The translations under genes were made by a program, and so were the position numbers. Below, in pieces: positions 16,278 through 25,741 of a DNA stretch of 45,889 nt. This DNA is from a virus. The stretch is taken from UHGV virus genome UHGV-1372865; one strand, 5' to 3'. The first letter of the stretch is position 1. Each line of letters opens with the position of its first letter. A model generated the notes under the pieces. That model was not told the DNA's origin, did no database searches, and saw only the letters and a list, made by a program, of their open reading frames with translations.

Positions 16278-17915
16278 ATGCAGCCAAAGGAAATGGAGCA
16301 CCTGCCACTGCAGCTTGAAAAGATGTTTCTTGAATTACAGAACCGCATTATGAGAGATGTAGTCAGGAGGATTAAAAAGACAGGTGGAATTACATCTACA
16401 GCGGACTATCAGTTGAACAGAATACAGATCATTGGAAATTCTACGGAGTTCATTGAATCGGAAATCAAACGTCTTTCAGGGCTTACTGATCCGGAGCTAT
16501 GGGAGATTTATGATACTGTAATCGAAAAGGATTACACCAGGGCGAAAGAAATTTACGAACAGGTAAATGCCAATTTTACACCTTATGAAGATAATGAGCA
16601 GATGCAGACATGGGCGAAAGCAATTCTAAGCCAGACAAAACATGAAATCCAGAATATCACACGATCGATGGGATTTGCTTTGGATTACGGAGGAAAGAAA
16701 GTATTCACTCCATTTTCGGAGTATTATCAGAAGTATCTTGATCGTGCATGTATGGATATTGTAACCGGAGCATTCGACTACAATACCGTTCTCAGGCGTG
16801 TAGTAAAGGAAATGACAGCTAGTGGAATACGGACAGTAAATTATGCGTCAGGATATGGAAATCGGGCCCCTGTGGCGGTTAGACGAGCTGTCATGACGGG
16901 GGTGCATCAACTTGCTGCACAGATTAATGAGCAGGTGGCAAAGGATTTGGGAACAGATACCTACGAAGTAACGTGGCATGCCGGGCATAGACCTTCTCAC
17001 TGGTGGGGAGGGAATGTGTACACAAAGCAGCAGTTAATCTCGATCTGTCGTTTGGGAGAGGTAGATGGTCTGTGCGGAGCTAACTGTAAGCATAGTTACT
17101 TCGCGTTCGTAGACGGTGTGTCTGTCAGAACGTACACACCGGAACAATTGAGGGAAATGGAAGCAAATGAACAGGTCGCAAGGTCTTATCAGGGAAAATC
17201 ATATAACGCCTATGAAGCTCAGCAGCGGCAGAGAGCACTTGAAACCAGAATGAGAAAGCAGAGAAGTGACATTGATCTTCTAAAAAAAGGAAAAGCCAGC
17301 CAGTTGGACATACAGGCAGCCCAAGCAAAGTATCTGAACACACTCCGGGAATACCAGGGGTTTTCTAAAAAGATGGAGCTTCCAGAGCAGATGCAGAGAG
17401 TGTATATGGATGGGCTTGGAAGAGTGTTGCTGGGAAGAATATTTGAGTCAAGAATTTCTAATATAAAAAAGAAGACAGCAGAAAAAATATTCGATGTAGA
17501 GATTACAAAAGAAATGGATACAGTACTCGCAGCTAACTTATACAAAAATCTTAATAAGTCAAATGTTGGAAAGACAGTTCTTGATTTTATTAAAACGAAT
17601 CATATTTCCGTTAACGTATATTATAGCAGAAATACAATTTCAGAAACGGGACTGGAAGGACTGTATGGATCATGTATTGGAAATCATATCTATATCAATG
17701 GGGTGGAAACACAAAGCATACGGAAGACGGCGGAAACGATTATCCATGAAGCAACGCATATCCGATTGGATATAGGTGGAGATCAACACGCAGAAGCTGT
17801 TTGTGACTATTTTGCTGAATTACATACGAAAGGTAAATTGACGGGACAAGACATTAGGAATATAATAAAATCAGTAAAAGGAAGATATTCAGATCGTGAA
17901 TGGAGGCTAAAGTAA
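16278..17915 (+). CDS. Minor head / head-morphogenesis protein (MuF / SPP1 gp7 family) with a C-terminal extension of about 140 aa containing an HExxH motif
   Basis: Position after the portal; GGTGTGAGGAtATG; C-terminal ..ETIIHEATHIRLD.. motif. Confidence 0.7.
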   Translation: MQPKEMEHLPLQLEKMFLELQNRIMRDVVRRIKKTGGITSTADYQLNRIQIIGNSTEFIESEIKRLSGLTDPELWEIYDTVIEKDYTRAKEIYEQVNANFTPYEDNEQMQTWAKAILSQTKHEIQNITRSMGFALDYGGKKVFTPFSEYYQKYLDRACMDIVTGAFDYNTVLRRVVKEMTASGIRTVNYASGYGNRAPVAVRRAVMTGVHQLAAQINEQVAKDLGTDTYEVTWHAGHRPSHWWGGNVYTKQQLISICRLGEVDGLCGANCKHSYFAFVDGVSVRTYTPEQLREMEANEQVARSYQGKSYNAYEAQQRQRALETRMRKQRSDIDLLKKGKASQLDIQAAQAKYLNTLREYQGFSKKMELPEQMQRVYMDGLGRVLLGRIFESRISNIKKKTAEKIFDVEITKEMDTVLAANLYKNLNKSNVGKTVLDFIKTNHISVNVYYSRNTISETGLEGLYGSCIGNHIYINGVETQSIRKTAETIIHEATHIRLDIGGDQHAEAVCDYFAELHTKGKLTGQDIRNIIKSVKGRYSDREWRLK

Positions 17916-18091
17916 TGACACCAAAAGAAATTGGAATGATGATAAAGGCGTTACGGGATGGAAAAGAAGTAATTTGTCCGGAATGTAAAACAGGTAAAAT
18001 CATTACACCTTATAATCCAAAAACAAGTACATATTTCAATTGTACAACCTGTAATTTTAAGATTCATATGGAACCGGCGGAAAAGAGATGA
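17915..18091 (+). CDS. Small zinc-ribbon protein (58 aa)
   Basis: GGAGGCTAAAGTAatg overlapping the MuF stop; CPECKTG..CTTCNF. Confidence 0.45.
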   Translation: MTPKEIGMMIKALRDGKEVICPECKTGKIITPYNPKTSTYFNCTTCNFKIHMEPAEKR

Positions 18092-18127
18092 TACCATTCA
18101 TTCTTAATTGAGTGAGTGGTATTTTTA
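18091..18127 (+). terminator. Rho-independent terminator
   Basis: ATACCA..TGGTAT stem followed by TTTTTA. Confidence 0.5.
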
Positions 18128-18345
18128 TGCCAATTTCAAAAAATAAAAACAATAAATTTAGCATCTATCCAGTGTGGTAGGTGCTATTTTTATACGCTGC
18201 CCTCAATTTTGGGGACAGTATTTGTCCGATCAACCCTCAAGACATTTAAACTGCGGGAAAATATCCCCTGTGGCATGGGAGAATAACTGCCACGGCCAGC
18301 GGAGACACCGCGATAATAAACAGTGGTCAAAGAAAGGAATAAAGA

Positions 18346-18968
18346 TGCAGTTAAGAGACGTATTAGGAGAAGAGCTTTTCGGACAGGTAGATGCAAAGAT
18401 TCAGGAGCATAACAACGGAATCGAGGATAAGCTGAAGCATGTCAGATTCGTTGATTTATCAGATGGCGGCTATATCAGCAAGGAAAAGTACCAGAGCCTT
18501 GAGACGAGAGCCAATGGACTGGAGACGCAGCTCGGCGAAGCAAACACTACGATTAAGTCTTACAAGGACATGGATATTGACGGAATCAAGCAGTCTGCTG
18601 CTGACTGGGAGAAAAAGTACAACGAAGACACAAAAGCACTAAATGATCAGATTGAATCAGACCGAAAGATGTTTGCAGCAGAGAGGTTTTTGGACACGCA
18701 GAAGATTAAATCTCCTTTATCCAGAAAGACAATCTTACATGAGTTTCTGGAACAGAAGATGGAGTTTAAAGACGGTGCTTTTGTTGGTGCAGATGAGTAC
18801 ATGAAAGGCGTCAAAGAGAAATATCCGGATGAGTTCGAACAGGAAGAACCGGACGGTGGAAAAAAGACATGGGTAAGAGGTACTCATGGAACCTACAGAC
18901 CGGAGACAAAATCCGAAGAAGAGGCTTATCTCACAAGGAAATACGGAAACAACAAATACGCGAAATAG
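18346..18968 (+). CDS. Scaffolding protein
   Basis: AAGAAAGGAAtaaagATG; coiled-coil, charged, 207 aa; immediately upstream of the major capsid gene. Confidence 0.6.
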
Positions 18969-18987
18969 AAAAGGAGAATAAAAGAGT

Positions 18988-19854
18988 ATGGAATATGGTG
19001 GATATAACGTAAGCGAAAAATACAGTTCAATCGTTGCACCAAATTTTTATTTTGATGCAATTTTTCAGCCGGGGATGACATTTAATGATCAGTATCAGGG
19101 TGATGCTGAAGGAGCGGGAGCAGTAAAAGTGTTCCGTTTAGCTGCCAAGGCGGCAAAAGACCCAAAACAGCCGGCATCCGACTTCGAACACGGAAAAGCA
19201 GACAATGATCTGATTCCAGTGTTAATGAATAACCTGCAGCAGGAATCAACGAAGATTTATAACGTACAGGCAAGCGCTGTGCCGTTTGACATGGCTGATG
19301 CGCATCTTTCCCAGTCTACACAGGTTTGCAAAGAGGGATGGCAGCAGTCCGGTCTTGCATGTCTTGCACATGAAGGAACGGCAATGCAAGATACAGAAGC
19401 AATTACCGCTTCCAATATCATCAATAAGGTGATTGCAGGAAGAAAAACAATCCGTAAGCAGAAAGCGTCTGCGAATGTGGTTATGGCATCTGTTGAGACC
19501 TACAGTACGATGCTGGAAGTTGCAGGAGATAAATTCATTCCTGTTAAGAATGATGAGATCATCCGCACCGGACAGATGGGATATTACCTTGGAATGTTGT
19601 GGGTAGAGTGTAATATGCTCGACTTGACAGCAGCTGCAAAATACTACGATTATGCAGGAAGTCTACAGACAGAAGATCTGTCAAAAGTAGAGTATATCAT
19701 GTATGACTGGAGAGGACTGCATATCATTGACCTGTTATCTATGGCAAGACTGAAAGACTCTGAGAACTTCAACGGAACTCTTGCACAGGTGGAAATCTGT
19801 ACCGGATACCGTCTTGGAGATAAGAACTACGCAGTTGTAAAAAAAAAGGCCTAG
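18988..19854 (+). CDS. Major capsid protein
   Basis: AAGGAGAAtaaaagagtATG; 288 aa; position after the scaffold. Confidence 0.6.
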   Translation: MEYGGYNVSEKYSSIVAPNFYFDAIFQPGMTFNDQYQGDAEGAGAVKVFRLAAKAAKDPKQPASDFEHGKADNDLIPVLMNNLQQESTKIYNVQASAVPFDMADAHLSQSTQVCKEGWQQSGLACLAHEGTAMQDTEAITASNIINKVIAGRKTIRKQKASANVVMASVETYSTMLEVAGDKFIPVKNDEIIRTGQMGYYLGMLWVECNMLDLTAAAKYYDYAGSLQTEDLSKVEYIMYDWRGLHIIDLLSMARLKDSENFNGTLAQVEICTGYRLGDKNYAVVKKKA

Positions 19855-19937
19855 ATGACGATTTGGCACAAGTAGGAACTGCGAAAGTCGGAAAGGCAAA
19901 AGTAGGTAAAACAAAATAAGAGACGGAGGTAATAATA

Positions 19938-20267
19938 ATGGCATATACACCAACTACATGGAATAATGATGACGTTATTACAGCAGAGAAACTGAATAAG
20001 TTAGAGCAGGGCGTAAAGAATGAGCAGGTTGGACCAGCAGGACCAGCAGGACCAGCAGGAGCAGTAGGACCAGCAGGACCAGCAGGACCAGCAGGACCAG
20101 CAGGACCAAGTTACACTCTTCCAGCGGCGAACAAAACAACGCTGGGCGGTGTGAAACAGATGGCTTTGATTGCAGATTTGTCCACAGAAACAGCAACTGA
20201 CCTGAAAGATAAAATCAATGCGATTCTTGAGGGGATGAAAAAACAGGGTATCATGGCGAATTCGTAA
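19938..20267 (+). CDS. Small collagen-like (GPA)n protein, possibly head decoration or fibre
   Basis: GGAGGTAAtaataATG; ..GPAGPAGPAGAVGPAGPAGPAGPAGP.. encoded by a 9-bp tandem repeat (ggaccagca) at about 20030-20105. Confidence 0.55.
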   Translation: MAYTPTTWNNDDVITAEKLNKLEQGVKNEQVGPAGPAGPAGAVGPAGPAGPAGPAGPSYTLPAANKTTLGGVKQMALIADLSTETATDLKDKINAILEGMKKQGIMANS

Positions 20268-20280
20268 GGAGGAATAGGCG

Positions 20281-20679
20281 TTGATACGTGTAGATTTTCA
20301 GTTTTACGTAGAAGAATACAATGGAATTATAATCGAGGACGAACGGTCATTGAAACAGCCGATCTTGAAAGCTAACACCTATCTGAATCAAGTGATGCAT
20401 TTACAGCCGAGTGAGAACGATATGGAGTTAGTGAAGCTTTGCCTGTGTGAACTTTCTGACATGATCTATCAGGATGATATGAACCGAATGGAACATGGAG
20501 GAAGGGAAGTGCAGTCGGAAAACACAGATGGATATTCCGTGAATTACGCGACTGAAGCGGAGGCGGGGAAGATTGCAGTAGACGCTCTGCAAACGAAAAT
20601 CTACGCGGTCATCCGCCGTTATCTAGCGCATACAGGACTGCTTTATCTGGGGGTGAATGTCAATGCTTACGAATGCTAA
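20281..20679 (+). CDS. Head-tail connector / DNA-packaging (gp6-like) protein, assigned by position
   Basis: AGGAGGAAtaggcgTTG start; 132 aa. Confidence 0.4.
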   Translation: MIRVDFQFYVEEYNGIIIEDERSLKQPILKANTYLNQVMHLQPSENDMELVKLCLCELSDMIYQDDMNRMEHGGREVQSENTDGYSVNYATEAEAGKIAVDALQTKIYAVIRRYLAHTGLLYLGVNVNAYEC

Positions 20680-21070
20680 GATTACGATTTTTAATCAGTG
20701 GCCAGATCGGGAGAATAGGAAGATGGTGTTTATTCCTCACGTCATCCCTAAGGTCTGGTTTCACACAAACCAGAAAAGTACCGTAGGGGAAAATGGATTG
20801 AGAAGCGCGGATGAGTATCAGATTCGGATTCCGTATACAGAATGCGCTGATTGGATCACGCCGGATGCGTTTAACCGATTAACAGCAGTGTATGGGAAAT
20901 GGACTGTGCGGAATGGTGATTTCTTTATCCTTGGAGAATGGGATGGAGAAAATGTCACAGGGATAGAAAATATCAGGAAAAGGTTCTCTGGAACGATTGG
21001 GAAAGTACTTAGTCATTCCGAGAACTTTTTTGGTTCTTCTAAGCATATCAGGATAGGTGGTGGTTCTTAA
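20657..21070 (+). CDS. Head-tail joining / head closure protein, assigned by position
   Basis: 137 aa; overlaps both neighbours. Confidence 0.35.
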   Translation: MSMLTNAKITIFNQWPDRENRKMVFIPHVIPKVWFHTNQKSTVGENGLRSADEYQIRIPYTECADWITPDAFNRLTAVYGKWTVRNGDFFILGEWDGENVTGIENIRKRFSGTIGKVLSHSENFFGSSKHIRIGGGS

Positions 21071-21417
21071 TGGCAAAGATCAGGCTTGATATAGATCCGG
21101 TAGATAAAATTTTATTGAAGAGAAGTCTCAATAAGAACGGAGCAGGGCAGAAGTTCTTCACCCATGAAGTAAGACAGCTGTCCACACCTTATGTGCCGAG
21201 ATTAAGCGGAAACCTGTCAATGGACAGTGTGACAGAAACAGCATCCTCTATTATCTATGACACTCCTTATGCAAGGCGGCAGTACTACGAGAATAAAGGA
21301 AAGAACAGAACAAAGCACGCTCGCGCCGGTAGCCACTGGACAGAGCGTATGTGGGCGGATCGCGGGAAAGAAATTGTACAGTCTGTTGCGAAATATTGTG
21401 GAGGTAAGGCGAAATGA
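21070..21417 (+). CDS. HK97 gp10-like minor capsid / tail completion protein
   Basis: 115 aa; ATGG overlap with the upstream gene. Confidence 0.4.
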   Translation: MAKIRLDIDPVDKILLKRSLNKNGAGQKFFTHEVRQLSTPYVPRLSGNLSMDSVTETASSIIYDTPYARRQYYENKGKNRTKHARAGSHWTERMWADRGKEIVQSVAKYCGGKAK

Positions 21418-21842
21418 GCATAACAAACCAAGTGGCGGAGTTTATTGCCGGGTGCCCGTTTCTGCAGGAGTTTCAGGAGATGTTCCCTGTTGTGAATGTA
21501 GATATGTTGGAGGAAGATGTGACTGCATACAGTATTGAAAGTACGCCAGCAGAACCAATTTTAAAGCGGTACGCAAACGGCGATACTGTCAGACAGTATG
21601 TATTTTCGTTATGTTCCAGAGTGCTTTACGGAGACGAAGAAAACAGGGACACTTCGGAATTCTATGAAAAATTTGCAGACTGGCTGGATGAGTGTACAAA
21701 AGTAGAAAACTTGCCGGAATTGACAGGAAAACTGCAGAGTAAATCTATTCGAGCAACAACAGACGGATATCTGTACGATGCACAGGAAACAAAGTGCCAG
21801 TACAGGATACAATGTCAATTTATTTATTATAAACGGAGGTAA
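21414..21842 (+). CDS. Tail-associated hypothetical protein
   Basis: 142 aa, between the head-tail genes and the major tail gene. Confidence 0.35.
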   Translation: MSITNQVAEFIAGCPFLQEFQEMFPVVNVDMLEEDVTAYSIESTPAEPILKRYANGDTVRQYVFSLCSRVLYGDEENRDTSEFYEKFADWLDECTKVENLPELTGKLQSKSIRATTDGYLYDAQETKCQYRIQCQFIYYKRR

Positions 21843-21850
21843 CAAAGGTA

Positions 21851-22377
21851 TGAAAATGAATATTCAGTTTTTTGCAGCAGCAGGCGAGACTGGTGTTGTA
21901 GGTAGATGGCAGCATCCGGGATATCTGGATGTTTCAAAAGATCTGAGTGAAACTTATGAGCTTCTTGGATTTGGAGTGACTCAGTTGGACGATTCTCCAT
22001 CTGCACAGACATCTTCCAAAAGATATGTTAATCAGAAATCAGCAACACAGAGAATCGGCTCTTATGAATGGACGGCACCATTGGAGTTCGACCTGATCCG
22101 CTCCGAAAAAGCGATCGAATTTATTGCGGATATCGGAGAAAATGAAAAGACCGGGTCAGATGCAGAAACTTATTATGTGAAGGTGTTCATGGAAAAGCCT
22201 GTGGAAGAACAGGAGAATAAGTTTTATGCAAAGAGAAGAAAAGTAGCCATCGAGGTGTCAGATTTCTCGGACAACGATGGTGAGATTCAGGGATCTGGAA
22301 ATTTACTTGGTGTATCGGATTGGGAAGATGGACAGTTTGATACATATACAAAGAAATTTACGGTGGGGGGAGTATAA
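21851..22377 (+). CDS. Major tail protein
   Basis: AACGGAGGTAAcaaaggtATG; MKMNIQFFAAA.. N-terminus; precedes the chaperones and the tape measure. Confidence 0.5.
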
Positions 22378-22453
22378 TCCCCGCCGATAATGCCTTGGTT
22401 GGCGTGGGAGTAGTAGGTAAGGCGAGAATTGGAAAAGGAAGGAGCGCAAGAAC

Positions 22454-22807
22454 ATGATTATCAATGGAGTAGAATTGGAATTCAACCTGTATGATCTGGA
22501 GAATCCAGAGCTGAAAGAGCGATATGGAGCTGAATTGGAGAAGATGAAACACGTTGCAGAAGAGCTGCCAGAAGGAACAGAGCTGGAACAGAATAGATTT
22601 CTGTGCGGCAGAGTGAAGCAGATGTTTGATTCTGTATTCGGAGAGGGTACAGGTAATCGTGTGTGTGGAAAAGGAAATGATTTGCTTGCTTGTATGACAG
22701 TTTATGAGCAGTTGGTCACAGAGCAGATCAGACAGGACAATCAGTACAATGAGATTATGGGGAGATTGGAAATGCTATCAAAGGGAAATGCTCTTGTAGA
22801 AAAATGA
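22454..22807 (+). CDS. Tail assembly chaperone (Gp14-like)
   Basis: AAAAGGAAGGAGCgcaagaacATG; 117 aa; immediately upstream of the Gp15-like gene. Confidence 0.5.
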   Translation: MIINGVELEFNLYDLENPELKERYGAELEKMKHVAEELPEGTELEQNRFLCGRVKQMFDSVFGEGTGNRVCGKGNDLLACMTVYEQLVTEQIRQDNQYNEIMGRLEMLSKGNALVEK

Positions 22808-23430
22808 TGAATCTCTTAATAGAAAAATTTCCAGAGTTTTTGATCGTGAATGGTGTGGAGTGTCCTGTAAAATGGGATTTCCGCACTGTTTTAAAATGCA
22901 ATGAAATCATAGAAAGTGCAGAAGAATTGACGGGAGATTCCTTGCTGAAAGTGTTGCTGCTGTTCTACAGAGATTGTGATTATTTCACAGAAGAACACGT
23001 GGATCAGATGTTTTGGTTCTTTTCCTGTGGCAAGGAGCAGTCAAAGAAGAAATTCCCGCGGAAGATCGCAGGGGTCAATGATAAGCAACCGTTTGACTTT
23101 CAAGAGGATGCAGGACTGATCTATGCCGGTTTCATCCAGCAGTACGGAATTGACTTGCAGGCAGAAGAGATGCACTGGTGGAAGTTTATGCTGCTTCTGG
23201 AGAATCTGGGAGAAGATACCAGGCTGTCAAAGGTTATTGAGTACCGTACAATGGACGTGTCGAATAAGAACCTCTCAAAAGAGGAAAGAGAGTTCTACCG
23301 GGCAATGCAGAAGTATTACGGTCTGGAACAGGCACCCGCTATGGATGATCGGACAAGACAGATTGAAGATGCGCTTCTCAATGGCGGCGATGTGAGTGAA
23401 TTGCTTCGTACGAAAAACGTACGAACGTAG
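22804..23430 (+). CDS. Tail assembly chaperone (phage Gp15 family)
   Basis: MMNLLIEKFPEFLIVNGVECPVKWDFRTVLK.. resembles the start of the Gp15 family; separate ORF with an ATGA overlap. Confidence 0.55.
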   Translation: MMNLLIEKFPEFLIVNGVECPVKWDFRTVLKCNEIIESAEELTGDSLLKVLLLFYRDCDYFTEEHVDQMFWFFSCGKEQSKKKFPRKIAGVNDKQPFDFQEDAGLIYAGFIQQYGIDLQAEEMHWWKFMLLLENLGEDTRLSKVIEYRTMDVSNKNLSKEEREFYRAMQKYYGLEQAPAMDDRTRQIEDALLNGGDVSELLRTKNVRT

Positions 23431-23501
23431 AGAGTGTGTGTAAAGGTGTGGCGAAGTGCTGCACCTTATTTTAATACTTAAAAAAAACAGATAGTGTCAA
23501 A

Positions 23502-24191
23502 TTGACACTGACGAGATTCAGCGAAAGGATTGAAAATATGTTAGTAGAAGTAAAAAGAGTGAATAAAATGGAAATGACAGTTGTATCAAGCTTGGATGTA
23601 TCAGATACATTTGACAAGAATCATCGAGATGTAATGGAGTCTATAAGGAATATAGAGTCTACTATAAGTACAGCGGAATTTTCCGCTCTATTTTATTTGG
23701 ATTCTTACAAGGCATCCAATGGAAAAATGAATCCCATGTATCTTATGACAAGAGACGGCTTTACTCTTTTGGCAATGGGTTACACGGGGGCGAAAGCTAT
23801 GAAGTTCAAACTTGCCTACATCAAGCAATTCAATGCTATGGAAAAAATCCTACAAGGCAAACTTGTTGAACGAGAAAAAGGAATTGCTGTCAGGCAATCA
23901 CTTACAAAAGCACTGCAACAGTCCACAGAGAATGAGCGGATGCACGGACATGCTTACTCTACTTACACCAACTGTATTTATAAAGTATTGTTCGGAGTAA
24001 ATGCAAAGCAACTTCGTGAGAATCTTGGAATTGGAAAGAAGGACAATTTGAGAGACTATCTTTCAGCAGAAGATTTAAAAGTAATTCAGTCAATGGAATG
24101 TCTGGTAAGTGGACTTGTAGACTGTGGATGGGGATACGATCAAATCAAGGAGTTTATACAGAAAAATAATACAATGCAGATTGCAGCGTAA
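23502..24191 (+). CDS. Rha-family phage regulatory protein / antirepressor
   Basis: ..MTRDGFTLLAMGYTGAKAMKFKLAYIKQFNAMEK.. is the pRha signature. The true start may be internal (23538 MLVEV.. or 23571 MEMTVV). Confidence 0.7.
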   Translation: MTLTRFSERIENMLVEVKRVNKMEMTVVSSLDVSDTFDKNHRDVMESIRNIESTISTAEFSALFYLDSYKASNGKMNPMYLMTRDGFTLLAMGYTGAKAMKFKLAYIKQFNAMEKILQGKLVEREKGIAVRQSLTKALQQSTENERMHGHAYSTYTNCIYKVLFGVNAKQLRENLGIGKKDNLRDYLSAEDLKVIQSMECLVSGLVDCGWGYDQIKEFIQKNNTMQIAA

Positions 24192-24545
24192 CCCCCCCTC
24201 TCAAATTGAGCGGGGGTTCAAACTGAGCATCCGTTAAAGTGGTGGTCACAGACTGAGACCCCCTGTAATTGAAGTTGGTGCGTCCATTCTTGGACTCTCC
24301 TGTTTCGCCCACAAGTGGGCGAAGAAAATAGAGCTTGTCTATTTGGGATTCGGATCGTCTTTTATGACGAACCGTATATTTGTACCGACGAAATTCGTCA
24401 TCACATGACGGAGCAAGGATGCGCTTTCCCCAGCTGTGGGGAAGGATAATCCATAATCGGATTCTCCATTGTCAGAAGTGGCAACACATTATTTTGGGAT
24501 GAGTTCAAGATTGAGCCGATTGAATTTCCATATTCCATTCCATCC

Positions 24546-24574
24546 TTGCGATTCCACAACCCTCACGGTATAAT
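24546..24574 (+). promoter_or_regulatory. Sigma-A-type promoter driving the lipoprotein gene
   Basis: TTGCGA, 17-nt spacer, TATAAT; followed by GGAGGAAGGTTATG. Confidence 0.6.
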
Positions 24575-24611
24575 GAGTATGTGGTAAAGCGTATAGGGTA
24601 GGAGGAAGGTT

Positions 24612-25718
24612 ATGAAGAGAGTACTAAGTGTCTTGCTGGCAGCAGTTCTTTGTGTGGGGATGCTGACAGGATGTGGGGAGAAGAAAGATGCTGGTGAGGT
24701 GGAGAGCAAAAAGGAAGAAGAAAGCGAAATTGAGTTACCTTTTGACAGAACTTTTGATGATGCGCACGAAGTATTGGCCACACTACAAGCAGGAGGAAAA
24801 TGCAACTTTACATCCTCTGGTGTAAGTACTTTGGATGATGGTGGAAAATTAGAAACATTGGTTGATAGCTCTAATGGAAGTTTTATGACGTTAATTGGGA
24901 ATGAAAACAGCAACATAACAATAGTATCTACCACAGCAAAGGATGAAACGACTTTTGTTGGCGTAGGGATTATGGCGTTAATGATAACAGATGTATTATC
25001 TGCTGATTTGGGAGATTTTTTGACATACTTATCAGCAGAAAATTTAAAGAATATGGGAACAGATATCGGAGACTCAAAGCATGAAGTGATAGAAGGTGTT
25101 ACTTACTTTCTGACTAAATCTGGAACAGATCCAGATTATGAGTATAGACTGCAAGTAGAAAGAGACGATGAAACAAAAGAAGATTACGAGCAATACTTGA
25201 AGGAAAAAGCGATAGCAGATCAGTTTAAAGCAACTCCAGAGAGCGAAGTAGAGGAGCCGGTTGGATATCAAACCGGAATGTACAAAATAGGTACAGACAT
25301 GCCGGCGGGAGAATATCTTATCACATCTTCTGGCGGCTATTATGCAGTGACAGCCGATTCCAGCGGAAGTTTGGAATCAATCATCAGCAATGACAATTAT
25401 AGGAATAGAGCCTATGTTACAGTACAAGACGGACAGTATTTCCAGTTTGACGGAACGGCAGTTCCCGTCAGTGAGGCGGCTGCATTCACTCCGGTTAATG
25501 GTACATATCCAGATGGAATGTATCTTGTAGGAAAAGATATTCCGGCAGGAGAGTATAAAGTATCAGCTGCGAATGGCGGCTATTATGAAGTTACCGCTAA
25601 CTCAACAGGAGATTTAGGAACGATAATTGCAAATGACAACTTCGAAGGAGAAGTGTATTTGACAGTACAGGATGGACAGTATTTAAAATTAAGCAGAGCG
25701 CAGATCGTTGCACAGTAA
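24612..25718 (+). CDS. Secreted lipoprotein with two tandem C-terminal repeats of about 55 aa
   Basis: Signal peptide plus lipobox MKRVLSVLLAAVLCVGMLTGC; repeats G.Y.[IV]G.D[MI]PAGEY..S..GGYY.VTA.S.G.L..II.NDN....Y[VL]TVQDGQY... Confidence 0.75.
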   Translation: MKRVLSVLLAAVLCVGMLTGCGEKKDAGEVESKKEEESEIELPFDRTFDDAHEVLATLQAGGKCNFTSSGVSTLDDGGKLETLVDSSNGSFMTLIGNENSNITIVSTTAKDETTFVGVGIMALMITDVLSADLGDFLTYLSAENLKNMGTDIGDSKHEVIEGVTYFLTKSGTDPDYEYRLQVERDDETKEDYEQYLKEKAIADQFKATPESEVEEPVGYQTGMYKIGTDMPAGEYLITSSGGYYAVTADSSGSLESIISNDNYRNRAYVTVQDGQYFQFDGTAVPVSEAAAFTPVNGTYPDGMYLVGKDIPAGEYKVSAANGGYYEVTANSTGDLGTIIANDNFEGEVYLTVQDGQYLKLSRAQIVAQ

Positions 25719-25741
25719 GTATAGAAAAAGCACACAATGAC

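Noticed and set aside
22454-23430. Expected -1 programmed frameshift joining the two tail assembly chaperones
   Set aside because: The two chaperone genes are separate complete ORFs with an ATGA overlap. I found no slippery heptamer that would give a G-T fusion product; they appear to be a Gp14/Gp15-type pair.
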